Assembly: GCA_963920595.1 (NCBI GenBank) | Contig: OY986949.1 | Location: 2,976,001-3,040,000, forward strand | Direction of reading: 5' to 3' | Source of the DNA: Eimeria praecox | Lineage: Eukaryota | DNA: 64,000 nucleotides | In this document: positions 13,045 to 39,240 of the stretch, one piece after another | Position numbering within the stretch: the first letter of the stretch is position 1 | Layout of the letters: each line of letters opens with the position of its first letter | The notes under the pieces: generated by a model | What the model saw: the letters and a program-made list of their open reading frames with translations, nothing else | Database searches by the model: none | Told to the model about the DNA's origin: nothing | Made by a program: the position numbers and the translations under genes

Positions 13045-14025
13045 TTCTCGTTATTTCTGTTATTTCTTTTGTTTTGTTTGTTGCTTTTTCGAAGTCCTTT
13101 TCAGCCCGCTCCCATCTCCGTGTGTTAAGTAAATTGTCAGTTAGTCTCCTCTCCAGTCCAAGGCGATTTAGCTAGAACCCCCAAAACAAGCTAAAATAAT
13201 TATCTTCAACATAAATGAGATGCAGATCATCTATCGCAGCGTAGAGATCTTCCTGCTGAGTTACTGGAGCTGGCCATTCAAAGCCACAGTCTGAGGCTAT
13301 TCATTTGTCTTCCACCCCCAATAACTTAGCAAGTGTATATGGGTCAAATACATGTGATATAGACTATGTTTAGTTTTCTGGGGGGTTCCAGATGTTCGAC
13401 AATCTAGCAAGAAAACCACGAGGTCATCATCTATCTTCTGCCGAGTACCTACGCGAATGGCCGCATCGCTTCGTAACAGGGGCCCAAGAGAAGCCTGTAG
13501 CTCGTTGCAAAAGAACCAAGGAAAGGGAAAGATAGAAATATTGCTGTCTGAAGTGGGGCGGCTACAAGCGAATCGGTTTCAGAGGTGTTTGATTTGAACA
13601 CGAATCTGATAACACGAAAGGAAAGAAGATTCTGACCAGCAAAGGCAACTAAGACTACACCGAATCCTGAAAGATCGTGTCAGTGCTACAACTGAAAGAA
13701 AATGTGAGAAAGGCCGTGTATGTGGCAGTTAGCTGGGCAGCAGCTAGCCACATGGCTACCTGTCCAGCTAGCTGTTCATTGGCTAGTTCTGTGGCTTGCT
13801 CTGCATTAGCAGTATTCTGTCTTGCTCTCCCTCCCTAGTCCCAGCTAATCGCCGCTGTATGGTTCGAACAGAGTGTATATTAACTGGACTGAGGGAGTGG
13901 AGATAGCGATTAGCCCGTTAATTTGCGTATGCTGGCTCTTAAGAGTCACACCCAGAGGTCACCTCAGACTGGAAAGGGCTCCGAAAAAACAACAAAGGCA
14001 GAAGAAGTAACAGAAAGAACAGAAA

Positions 14026-14105
14026 TGACAGAAGTGGGGTTCGAACCCACGCCCTTTCGGACTGCGGCCTAAACGCAGCGCCTTAGACCACTCGGCCATT
14101 CTGCC
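14026..14105 (-). tRNA. tRNA-Leu(TAG), hybrid allele with the AAG-type variable arm
   Basis: Minus strand reads CTGCG-TTTAGGC-CGCAGTCCGAAAGGG. Confidence 0.93.
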
Positions 14106-14277
14106 TGCTGCCGACAGCACAGCCCGATGGCTTGAGATAAATTGTCTGTTTCTGTTTGCTTGCATGCGTGAATAAGTTTATACATTTCATAATGTTAAAT
14201 ACTCTTCTTTTTGTGAAACGAAGAGAGTTGCATGAGCTGTAGTTTGTTGTATTTAAATGCAACAACAAAATCAGCTT

Positions 14278-14896
14278 GGGGCCTTCCCACACCACATCGT
14301 GAGTTCCTACACCATGCGATCAATCCTCAACTGTGCACCGTTAGCTACGGTAAACACACACTCCTCTGGCAGCCTCCACCCTTTCAGCTGTAGGCGTTTC
14401 ATCGCTTCCGGACGAATGAAGCTCCTTGAGGCGCCAGTATCCAATAGAGTTTCGTATTGGCTACGGGCCTCTTCGACCCTTAATGTGGTGGCTGTCATAC
14501 CTACACTACACAGAGTCCCCCTGAAGGTGGTGTTTTTCTGAGCCCTGGGCTCGCGCCACCACTGTGGCTCTTTAGGGTTCGTATCCTGCGGGAAATAATA
14601 CCCTTCTGCCGCGTCGCCGACCAACTCGCTGCTGGGATCCCGTTTACAGGTGAGCCCTTCCTCTATTAGCAACATAGTAGTTACCGTGTGAGACTGTACT
14701 GTGTGTGTGTGGGTTGCTGATTATCCCCCACATCCTGACCCTCGGCATTTATCTGCGCCTCTCTACTAATCAGCTTCGTACCGCAATCTGGGGAGATTGG
14801 AATGGAGGTAGGCCCTGTCGCTACTGCGCCTATTGCTCTCTTACCACTTATAGACCGCCTAGTACGTTCGTCTCTCTTAACGACTAGGCTCGAGTG
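14278..14896 (-). pseudogene. pol: Disrupted N-terminus of pol (retropepsin aspartic protease)
   Basis: LLDTGASRSFI...FTVANG...RIDRMV*ELTMWCG. In-frame stop at 14307-14309, a frameshift near the (AC)5 run at 14701-14710, and truncation at about 14278. Confidence 0.82.
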
Positions 14897-14902
14897 TTTA
14901 AA
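14857..14902 (-). promoter_or_regulatory. -1 programmed ribosomal frameshift signal at the gag-pol junction
   Basis: T TTA AAC in gag frame, 6-nt spacer, stem GCCTAGTCGTT/AACG(T)ACTAGGC. Confidence 0.75.
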
Positions 14903-16041
14903 TGCCTCGATGAGTCGACGTGGGGCCGCATTGGCTGCTGTTTGGGCTGCCTGACGGGCTGCTCTGCTCTAGATCGAGCCGATGTAGGGCAGTCTCTAGC
15001 GTAGTAACCCCGTCCCCCACATTTAGAGTACGTTTCTTCATTCTGTCGCGTCACTCCATTGCGGAGGCGACAGTCCTTGCTCACATGTCCCCTTCCGTTG
15101 CATTCATAACAACGTGATTCTGTAGTGTCTTTCCGTCTGTATCCTCTGCTCGCCCGTTCGCGCTGTAGTCCCGGCTCTCGTCCTCCGTTAGCCCATCTGT
15201 ATTTGGCGTCTTGTAAGTCCCTCTGGAATCGAAGGCGCTCTTTATAGGCATTCGACCATGATGTCATCATAGTAGCGAGTGCTTTGGCTGCTTGCTCCCA
15301 ATAAGCGAATTTTCTCGTTCCACCTTGCGTTAGATCTCGATATATTTCTATCGGTAGATTGGCAAGATAGTAACCTACCAACAGATCTGGGGCTATCGGT
15401 ACAGCTTCAGCGACAATGTTTAAGAAACGAGAAGAGTATTTAATGTGATCACCTTGCCAAACGTTTTCTGCAATCATTACTTTCATCTCTTCTTCTTTTA
15501 TCCTACAGAATTCCATACAGAATTGCTCTTTCACGCAATCCCAATCGGTTAGGGGCACACCCGTACGATACAAGCACAACCAGTAAGCCAAAGCATCCCC
15601 TTGCAGATATCGTTTTAGTTCTTCTCCCCACTTCTGAGATTCTATCCCTTGTTTGACGAATTCTATCTCCACAATATCGAGGAAACACTTCATGTTCTTG
15701 CCGTCCTCGTACCGTATGGCCCTCTGGGGTGCAGGTCCTAACCCCAGGGTCATCTGAGCTCCAAATTGCCGAACTAGCTCTGGCATTCCCGATTCTATCG
15801 AGGTTTCATTCATTTCAGGGTCTTTGTCACCACCAGTATCGGTGTCTGTGTTCATTGGTGTCGATTGTCTTACCCCTGGGGTGGGTTGGCTGGTGTCGCT
15901 ATCGGATTCTGTTTGTTTCGATTCCATAGAGTGCCCATAGATTTCCTTACTGGATACAATTATATTCGGCATTCCTCCACTCGATTCTTGTGGAGGTTCT
16001 ACCACCTTTCTGTCACTTAGCGCCATGTACATTCTCGCCAT
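14884..16041 (-). CDS. gag: Retrotransposon Gag with zinc knuckles
   Basis: 385-aa ORF; capsid-like segment KWGEELKRYLQGDALAYW; CYECNGRGHVSKDC (CX2CX4HX4C) and a degenerate second knuckle YSKCGGRGYYARDC. Confidence 0.88.
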   Translation of the reverse strand: MARMYMALSDRKVVEPPQESSGGMPNIIVSSKEIYGHSMESKQTESDSDTSQPTPGVRQSTPMNTDTDTGGDKDPEMNETSIESGMPELVRQFGAQMTLGLGPAPQRAIRYEDGKNMKCFLDIVEIEFVKQGIESQKWGEELKRYLQGDALAYWLCLYRTGVPLTDWDCVKEQFCMEFCRIKEEEMKVMIAENVWQGDHIKYSSRFLNIVAEAVPIAPDLLVGYYLANLPIEIYRDLTQGGTRKFAYWEQAAKALATMMTSWSNAYKERLRFQRDLQDAKYRWANGGREPGLQRERASRGYRRKDTTESRCYECNGRGHVSKDCRLRNGVTRQNEETYSKCGGRGYYARDCPTSARSRAEQPVRQPKQQPMRPHVDSSRHLNTRA

Positions 16042-16570
16042 TCACTTCGATGTGGAGGTCACTTCGGGTTTTGGTGGGAAGAGAAAAAAAAAAATTTTTC
16101 TCCTTTAAATCAATTTCAATAACTTTTTCACTCTATTTCAATTTATAATAGCCAGGAACAGCCCCCAAATTTTGTGAACAGGTGGCCTACACTGTAGCGG
16201 TGTGCCTCTTCAGACTACACAATCTACCTCGAGTGCTGGCGTCGCATACTAGAACCTGATCAAATTCATGTTCCTACTTTTTGAACAGATAAAGTTTCTA
16301 AATAGAAAACCTAAACAGGCCGTTCAACTACTTTTATGCTATATATTGTTTTAACTTTTTCACAGTGTTCCCACTCAGGGCACCGCCGTGGTCGTGCAGG
16401 GGGCAGGCGGGTGGCAGTGCTGCTGCAGCAGCGGCTCTCGGGTCCCAAGTCCCACGTGCTAGCCACCCGCCGGTTGTCTGCTTCGATTCACCTAGCAAAC
16501 CTTAATTAACCTTTCGTTTTCTCATCATTAATTTCTTTCTTGCTGAATTAGGAGCTCAAATCCAGTGTAT

Positions 16571-16943
16571 TGTAGTGCCAGACACTACACCTATGCTATT
16601 CTGAGTAAGTGCACACTTTGCATATAACTATCTAAAACCCATGATTCTCGCTAAACTACTACTGTATACCGTAAATAGCCTTATATCTTTGAGTTCATAG
16701 TATTGTTAGGTAAGAAAACGCGGAACGTTGACCCCTGCTGAGGGTCATTGCCAGAGTCACAGCACCAATCTCTCATCCAACCCCATGGCCGATGTCGACT
16801 AGCGAGCACTCTGTTCCCATTATGTTTCCCTTCTATCTAAAAGTGTATTAAACCCTAAAGTATTCTATATTATTCATGCCTTTTCATGTTACTAAGCCTC
16901 GAGGGGTCACGTCGAAGGTCCATTGTAGTGCCTGTGCACTACA
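16571..16943 (-). repeat. Candidate 5' LTR, 373 bp
   Basis: Bounded by a perfect 8-bp inverted repeat TGTAGTGC...GCACTACA. Homology to the tRNA flank resumes about 8 bp beyond 16943. No second LTR is present to confirm the boundaries. Confidence 0.65.
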
Positions 16944-17073
16944 GCTGTCGACGTGGCTTCGCCTGGCATGCTTGCTTGCACGGCTCCATCTGAATACGTT
17001 TTGGAGTAACGCATGAACTATTCTTAATAGTTGAATGTTTTCTTGTAAATAGGGAAAATAAAAACATAGCAAA

Positions 17074-17153
17074 TGACAGAAGTGGGGTTCGAACCCACGC
17101 CCTTGCGGACTGCGGCCTAAACGCAGCGCCTTAGACCACTCGGCCATTCTGCC
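17074..17153 (-). tRNA. tRNA-Leu(TAG)
   Basis: Inverted copy of 9748-9827, including flanks. Confidence 0.95.
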
Positions 17154-17566
17154 GACTGCCGACGCCAATACAACACGCGTTATGCGAACGAAGAAATTTC
17201 TGCCCCTTCTTTGGATTTCTTGGTCGATTCCTTCAACTAAGTGGTGAAATTCAAGCAATCACGCGCATTTAAAGATTTTGATTGGCACAAGTATCATAGG
17301 AGTTGGGATACGCCACCTACGAATCAGAACCTACGAATCAGAACGAACGAGAACAACAGGCAAAAAGGCAGATCAGCTCATGAACAGGTAGTTAGTTGTT
17401 TAAACATGTACATAATGCCAGATCCTCTGATACTGTCCTTTCTGGCTAAATTTTCATCTTCCCTCCTTCACTAGAATATCTATGGGTTGAAGAACGCATG
17501 AAATTGCTGCTGTAAACACAATCCCGCAGGCAGATTATGAAAAGGGGAGAATAAATGATACGGAAG

Positions 17567-17646
17567 TGACAGAAGTGGGGTTCGAACCCACGCCCTTTCG
17601 GACTGCGGCCTTAACGCAGCGCCTTAGACCACTCGGCCATTCTGCC
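17567..17646 (-). tRNA. tRNA-Leu(AAG)
   Basis: Inverted copy of 9239-9318, including flanks. Confidence 0.95.
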
Positions 17647-18024
17647 GGCCGCCGCCAAATTTATCGGGCGAATTGTTGGAAGGCACATTTTTAGGTAGTC
17701 TGCGAGCAAGCAACTTCATTGCAAAACGAATTGCTAACTTCTTAGTATGGTATTTATGTATATGTAGCAAAGTATATAAATCTAAGTAATGGCAGGCCAC
17801 CCTGCTGAGAAGTAGGGCCTTTCTCCTTCTGCATTTTGTTTAGAGTATTGTACTGACTTGAATGATGGTGAGAACAGTACAGACAAAGGCTTGAAATAAT
17901 TCACAGAGACAAACCTACGATGCCATCAGATGCATCTGGCTCGAATAAATTAAGGGAAGGTGTACACCCGTGTATAAAATTGGGAGATATTGCCTTGAAA
18001 TTGAGGAAAGGAAAATGAAGGAAG

Positions 18025-18104
18025 TGACAGAAGTGGGGTTCGAACCCACGCCCTTTCGGACTGCGGCCTTAACGCAGCGCCTTAGACCACTCGGCCATTC
18101 TGCC
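18025..18104 (-). tRNA. tRNA-Leu(AAG)
   Basis: Inverted copy of 8781-8860 with its downstream flank. Confidence 0.95.
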
Positions 18105-18838
18105 GAGTGTCGAAACCTCCGCAGGTGGGTTTTCGCGACTGATGGAAATTATGAAGAATTTGAACTCCTTTGTCTTTATATTAATCTCGAAAGGTAGATT
18201 TAATAGTGTGATGATGGGAATTGAAATAGTTGGTTTACGGGGCCGCTAGGCATGCGATGGGGTGGCCGCGCGTACTCAGACCTGCCGCAGGCTGGGGAAA
18301 TCTTAAGGGAGGTTGTGATTAGCATTCTGTAAGGTAATATAGAGCTCTAAATGATATTAAATATATGAATATAGTGAAATTTTGGAGAAATAATAATATT
18401 TCGAAACTATCTACCTGCATGAGACACCGCCGTCGATTCATGTGCCTTGTGGGCCCCACGGCACGACCCTGACGAAGACATGTTTCTTCGCGAGTTTCTG
18501 GCTGGAATAGAGTTCCTGTTTGAATATAATTAAGCATTTCTTCTGTGCTTAAATTCCAAGCAAGTAATTAGGTCGGCGCGACAGCACGCCTTGTGTAGGA
18601 GGAGCTGATAAGAGCAACAATCCGCTTGCAAATATCGTGCAGGTCTTGTTGGGTGGGGTCAGGATTTAATATCCCCCAATTTTTTGTTTTTTTTCTCCAA
18701 ACCCTTTTTAGACGCCTTTCCCTTCGCTCCTTCTCTTCTCAGTTATAGAGGCCCTGACTGTGTCCTCCGTCCGCCTCCCCCCCTCCTCCCCCCAGCGTGC
18801 ACAGAGAGAACTGTATAGTGTTAGTTCTGTTTGAAACA

Positions 18839-19846
18839 ATGAAGCGGCTTGGGGTTGCCTATGTATTGTTGGTGTTTTTGTTAACTGTATTTGGCCTGGT
18901 GAGGGGGGAAGGCCATCCGTGGGAGGAGCATGAGGTGCTAGAGTATCCAGAGCTTCTCGTGGGCTTTCCGAGGCCCTCTCCTCCCTCTTTTCAAAAGTTT
19001 AGCGCGTCTTTTCGGTCAGATAAGCGGACAAGCAATCCTTACCCAGGTCTTTATCAGACGCACTTCTACATGCCTGCGATGCCCTCCGTTGAGGAGACGA
19101 GCAGTTGTTTGTTGCATTTTACGTTAGATGAACTAGCAGATTCGCGACGATACGGTGTATTTAGCGTTCGTGCGGTGTCTGTACGGGTAAATCAACAGAG
19201 TGGTTTATTAGAGTTTCGTCTAAAATTAAACGAAACGAATGGGCTGTCAAATGAGGCAAGACAGCGAGTAGATATTGCTGGCAATCTTGTTGTAAGAAAA
19301 GTTATTCCTCACGGTTGTATGTTTGTTAAAGGAGATCCTACAGCATTTTATGTAGATCAAAATAGACGAAGTTCTGTTTGGTGTGTTAGCGTAAATCTAC
19401 CTACTGAGGCATTTGCGGTGTACATGCCCTCCAAATCTATCATGCCTCAGTTTGTATTACCTGTTGGTTCTCTCCTTCAATCTACTTTTATTCCTGTGGG
19501 GATTTGTTTATTAGCAACACAAGTACGAGCTAGACCTGAAGAAATCGTCTTAGAGGCTTCCCTTCGTGAGATCCGTCTTAAACAAATTATGGGAGGAGGG
19601 ATATATCGTCTTCTTCATATCTTTCGCTTTGCTGATTGTCGCTGTACACCTCAACGTCTTCGTGAAATTGCACACTGGGTTCTTCCTCAAGAAGAAGAAA
19701 CACTTGTTCTTGTACATACAGGAAGATATCCTGGAGAGCCAGACTCTGCACGATGTCAAGTAGAAAACCTGAGAAGAAACAATTCATGGACTTGGACTTC
19801 CTCGACACGCGAAGAATTCAGCGATTCGCCTCTCTTCCAACCTTAA
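18839..19846 (+). CDS. Hypothetical secreted protein, 335 aa, intronless
   Basis: Long repeat-free ORF. The first ATG gives a typical signal peptide MKRLGVAYVLLVFLLTVFGLVRG. No recognisable domain. Confidence 0.7.
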   Translation: MKRLGVAYVLLVFLLTVFGLVRGEGHPWEEHEVLEYPELLVGFPRPSPPSFQKFSASFRSDKRTSNPYPGLYQTHFYMPAMPSVEETSSCLLHFTLDELADSRRYGVFSVRAVSVRVNQQSGLLEFRLKLNETNGLSNEARQRVDIAGNLVVRKVIPHGCMFVKGDPTAFYVDQNRRSSVWCVSVNLPTEAFAVYMPSKSIMPQFVLPVGSLLQSTFIPVGICLLATQVRARPEEIVLEASLREIRLKQIMGGGIYRLLHIFRFADCRCTPQRLREIAHWVLPQEEETLVLVHTGRYPGEPDSARCQVENLRRNNSWTWTSSTREEFSDSPLFQP

Positions 19847-19887
19847 TACTTCTACTTCATACAATTCTACTTCATACAATAGAAATA

Positions 19888-19942
19888 CATGCATGCATGC
19901 ATGCATGCATGCATGCATGCATGCATGCATGCATGCATGCAT
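19888..19942. repeat. Tandem (TGCA)n / TGCATGCA array
   Basis: Uninterrupted self-complementary CATG run just after the stop of the secreted ORF; TGCATGCA is a known abundant apicomplexan motif. Confidence 0.9.
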
Positions 19943-20916
19943 TATGTATTTATGTATGTATGTATGCATGCATGCATGCGCTCCTCTCTCACATACAGAA
20001 AACATAGTCAGTTGTCTTTTTTCTCAAGGGTGCAGGCAGCCAAAGAAAGCGCTCAGTTGCCTATGCTGTCGTGTGCCGATGCATTGCGGCCAAGGGCCCC
20101 AGTCTGTCCAGTTATAACCCCACTGATGTTTGAAGACGCTGTGGGTGTCTGTGTTTGAATTTGCTGGCGCCGCGGGCGCCGCGGCTGCTGCTGTTGTATC
20201 ATATTATTGATTCATAAGCTGTGTAGAATCGGAGCAGCAACCCATGAGCTGCGCCAAGCCCTGTAGCAGGCTAACGGAATGAACCTTATCTGCAGCAGAA
20301 AGGTCTTGTGATATTATCTGCAGCTTGTCCTTGTGATGCAGTATTCTGAGTCGTTTGCTCCTCCAAGCGTCAATAAATTGCATAGCCTTGCTTGACATTT
20401 CTCAACAGCAATGCCACCAAACGATGCCTTCATCGCAGATGCGATGAAAACCACAAAATTGTGATTTTGCATCTTTTAAAGCAATGAGTTGTTCCGCATT
20501 CAAATGTCAGTTCATTCAGCATGATGATAGCACACTGCACGCTGCCTCCAGCGACGGAAAGATGCTTTATTTATGAGTCAAGCAGAAGAACGAGCTGTTT
20601 TGCGAACAGTAGGACGAAACAAATATACTTATCTTAGCTTAACAGCAGCATAAGGCCTTGTAGGTACTAATACAAAAGTCGCGAGAAGCTGTCGGTTTCA
20701 GCACAGTTGAAATGCTCGTTAGCTGCCCATACACCTGAAGTATTGGTTATTAGCGGCGGGGAAACGAACTAACCACAAGGGAAAGGGGAACGCAATATTG
20801 CGCTGATGAAGAGTGACAAATAAATTAGTGAATATCTTGTTAATTAAAAGCTGAAGAGGGTCCAGTTGCCTCAAAGACTGCGGCTTTCCTTCCATAGCGT
20901 AGCTTCAGCCCTGCTG

Positions 20917-29850
<8,934 letters not shown>

Positions 29851-29876
29851 CCAACAGCCTCTTCTGCTGCTGTCTA

Positions 29877-29936
<60 letters not shown>

Positions 29937-30310
29937 CGTGTTCAGCATCAGCAAATCACGAACAGCAAGCAGCAAACGCAGCAGCAGCAGCAAATGCTGC
30001 AGGAGAAGCGAATGCTGCTGCAGCAGCAGAAAAAAAGCTGATTTGCTGTTGCTGTTGCTGTTGCTATTGCAGCAGCAGCAGTAAATGCTGCAACACTTCA
30101 ACTCCCTTTCCAATGGCGATGGGAAGCCAGTCAGGAGTGCATGCAACCCATACATCTTTCACCTACACATGCAAGACTTGCATGCAAATGCATGCATGCA
30201 GTATACACTATATTGCATGCATGCATGCAGTATATGCATGCAATGGGGCTGTATATACTGCAGGTGTTTATTTGTTTGTTGGTTGTGTTTGATGTAGATC
30301 CATAAAATGT

Positions 30311-37256
<6,946 letters not shown>

Positions 37257-38106
37257 TTGAACTACTTGTAATAAATAAATTAATAAACAAATGCAGAAAA
37301 AAAAATATTCATGCCGAAGTACCAAACAGATCGTAGCTTTCCTTCAAACGAGCGGCCGCACAGAGGCTAAGAACGCGAGTATGTTGACCTTCAAAGCAAC
37401 CATCGCACAAAAGTAATTCAAATTTCTCTTGAACTATTCAATATTAAATATACTTGTACAAAAATATCAAGGGTTTTCCCTCAAAGATACTCCATTCAAA
37501 TGAGTAGATCGGACGATCTAGGTAGCTTACTGGCGTGGGGTGTATAGGCAGCTCCCACAGCGATATTTATGAGGATGATAAAAAAGAAGAAACATCATTT
37601 AATTTTTTTTTCTGTTTATTGTAATATAACACTAACACCGTTTTGTATTTAGTTGAACGGGGCTGGCCGACTCGTCTTGGCTTTGGGGCTTTTTGTCGCT
37701 TTCTGCTGATACAGGCGAATCTAAAAAAAACAAGAAAATTGCAACATCGCATCAATGAAATTTGATGAAATTGAAGTAAGTTGTTTTCATATTTCTAAAG
37801 AATACGAAATTTGTTCAGATTTTGTTTGCTTCTTCTTCTACTTTCTGAATATTCAACGGCCTCTGGTCATGAGTGTGTATATATAGTATAGTATATATAT
37901 ATGTATATATATTATGTCTGTCTGTGATTCTTCTCGTTTTTCTTTATAATTTATGTTTATTTTTTCTTCTTTTTCTCCTTTTTTCTGTTTCAATTAACCT
38001 GTGCATGCATTTATTTCGCGGTGTTTTTCTATCAGAGCTCCTTTCGAGTTTCTGAATTCAAACACCCTGAGCGTTATTAGCTTCATCAGCATTTGTCTGG
38101 AAGCCA
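37257..38106. promoter_or_regulatory. Short head-to-head intergenic region between PCID2 and YIF1; likely bidirectional promoter
   Basis: Divergent starts about 850 bp apart; repeat-poor. Inferred from gene layout only. Confidence 0.4.
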
Positions 38107-39207
38107 ATGCATCTACCTCCTCGACAGGAGCAGGGGCCCCCCCCTTCAGAGAGGCTTCCTTATACTTCTCGTCGTGCTGCTGCTGTCCCTCTAGTTCCTT
38201 TAGCTTCTCAAGTGCCTGCAGCAGCAGGACCAGGAGCAGCAGCAGCACCAGGAGCAGCAGCAGCAGCATCAGCAGCAGCAGTATCAGCAGCAGCAGCAGC
38301 AGCAGGAGGCGGATATGGACAGCCTCTAGAAGACCCTCGAGGGGGCCCCCCCTCTGGCTTCTCAGGGGGGCCCCCAGGGGCCCCCCTATCTGGTGGCTTC
38401 AAGGGAACACCTATACAAAGAAGTGCAGCAGCAGGAGGGGTATGGACTTCCCCCTTTGGGGATTCGAGTATAACAGAAAAGAGAGGAGGGGGATCGGGAT
38501 CGGGATCGGGTTTGGGATCGGGATCGGGATCGGGGGGGTTTGACAATAACACTGGATCAGGAGCAGAACAACAAGTAGTACGTATGGTATTAAATACAGT
38601 AGCAGATAGCTGGAGAGCTGAAGCAGAGAAGCAGGTTTGTTTGCTGCAGCAGCAACTCCCTTCTTTCTTATCTTCCCTTCAGCCGTATTTTCAAGTCAGC
38701 CAAAGATATGTGCTGCTGCAGTTGCTGCAGCTTCTCTTCCCCTTTAGATATTTTTTATTTTTAAAGAAGAATAATATAAAAGAACAGAGAAGTGTAGCTT
38801 GTGATATTAGTAGTAGTAGCAGCAGCAATTCAGGTGTACATACACCTGAAAGAGATTTGTATATACCCCTCATGTCTCTCATTACTTTTGTATTACTTGC
38901 ATGCATAGGAAGTGCTGCAGAGGGAACATTCACACCTGAGTTGTTGGGTTCTTTCTTATCTTTCTCTCTGTGTCTTTTAATTGCTGAGGTGTTTATATTA
39001 AAATTATTATTATATATATCAGGGGCTACAGCAGATGCAGCAGCAGCAGCAGCAGCAGCAGGAGCAACACCATCTACTGCAGCAGCAGATCTATTTTGCT
39101 TCTGTGGATATAAATATACATATTTGTGTTTCTTGCTGCTGCTGCGGCTCATTATTGATTTCTTCTCTTCTCCTAAAGACGATTCCCTTGCTGCTGCTGC
39201 TGCAGCA

Positions 39208-39240
<33 letters not shown>

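Larger units (their letters stand above)
14278..16943 (-). mobile_element. Truncated Ty3/gypsy LTR retrotransposon (probably chromovirus-like): 5' LTR, gag and protease; RT/RNaseH/IN and 3' LTR missing
   Basis: Gag with CCHC knuckle, aspartic protease LLDTGASRSFI and a TG...CA-bounded LTR candidate. Sequence reverts to tRNA-upstream flank at about 14278. Chromovirus-related elements are the LTR class known in Eimeria, but no chromodomain is present here. Confidence 0.88.
8781..18104. repeat. Large inverted duplication (arms about 8781-9949 and 16952-18104) enclosing a tandem tRNA array with ~1308-bp period
   Basis: Spacers match in reverse complement (e.g. paralogous ORF-track peptides at 9643-9900 + and 16884-17258 -). 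tRNA start offsets 9748-11056, 10511-11818 and 11056-12364 are 1307-1308 bp. Confidence 0.9.

Noticed and set aside
13045..14025. Central spacer of the palindrome with an isolated B-box-like GGTTCGAAC at 13861
   Set aside because: No A-box, cloverleaf or ORF; a single 9-mer is not enough to call a tRNA relic or TFIIIC site.
16550..16570. Possible primer-binding site matching the neighbouring tRNA-Leu 3' end
   Set aside because: It would need TGGTGACAGAAG after the LTR; the sequence reads ATACACTGGATTTG.
9643..17258. Repeated ORFs containing GRMAEWSKALRLGRSPQGRGFEPHFC
   Set aside because: These are translations of the tRNA genes and their duplicated flanks, not proteins.
8447..18104. Identical 80-bp repeats with variable spacers resembling a CRISPR array or SINE family
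   Set aside because: The repeats are complete cloverleaf tRNA-Leu genes; spacers are hundreds of bp and mutually homologous; no cas genes; eukaryotic context.
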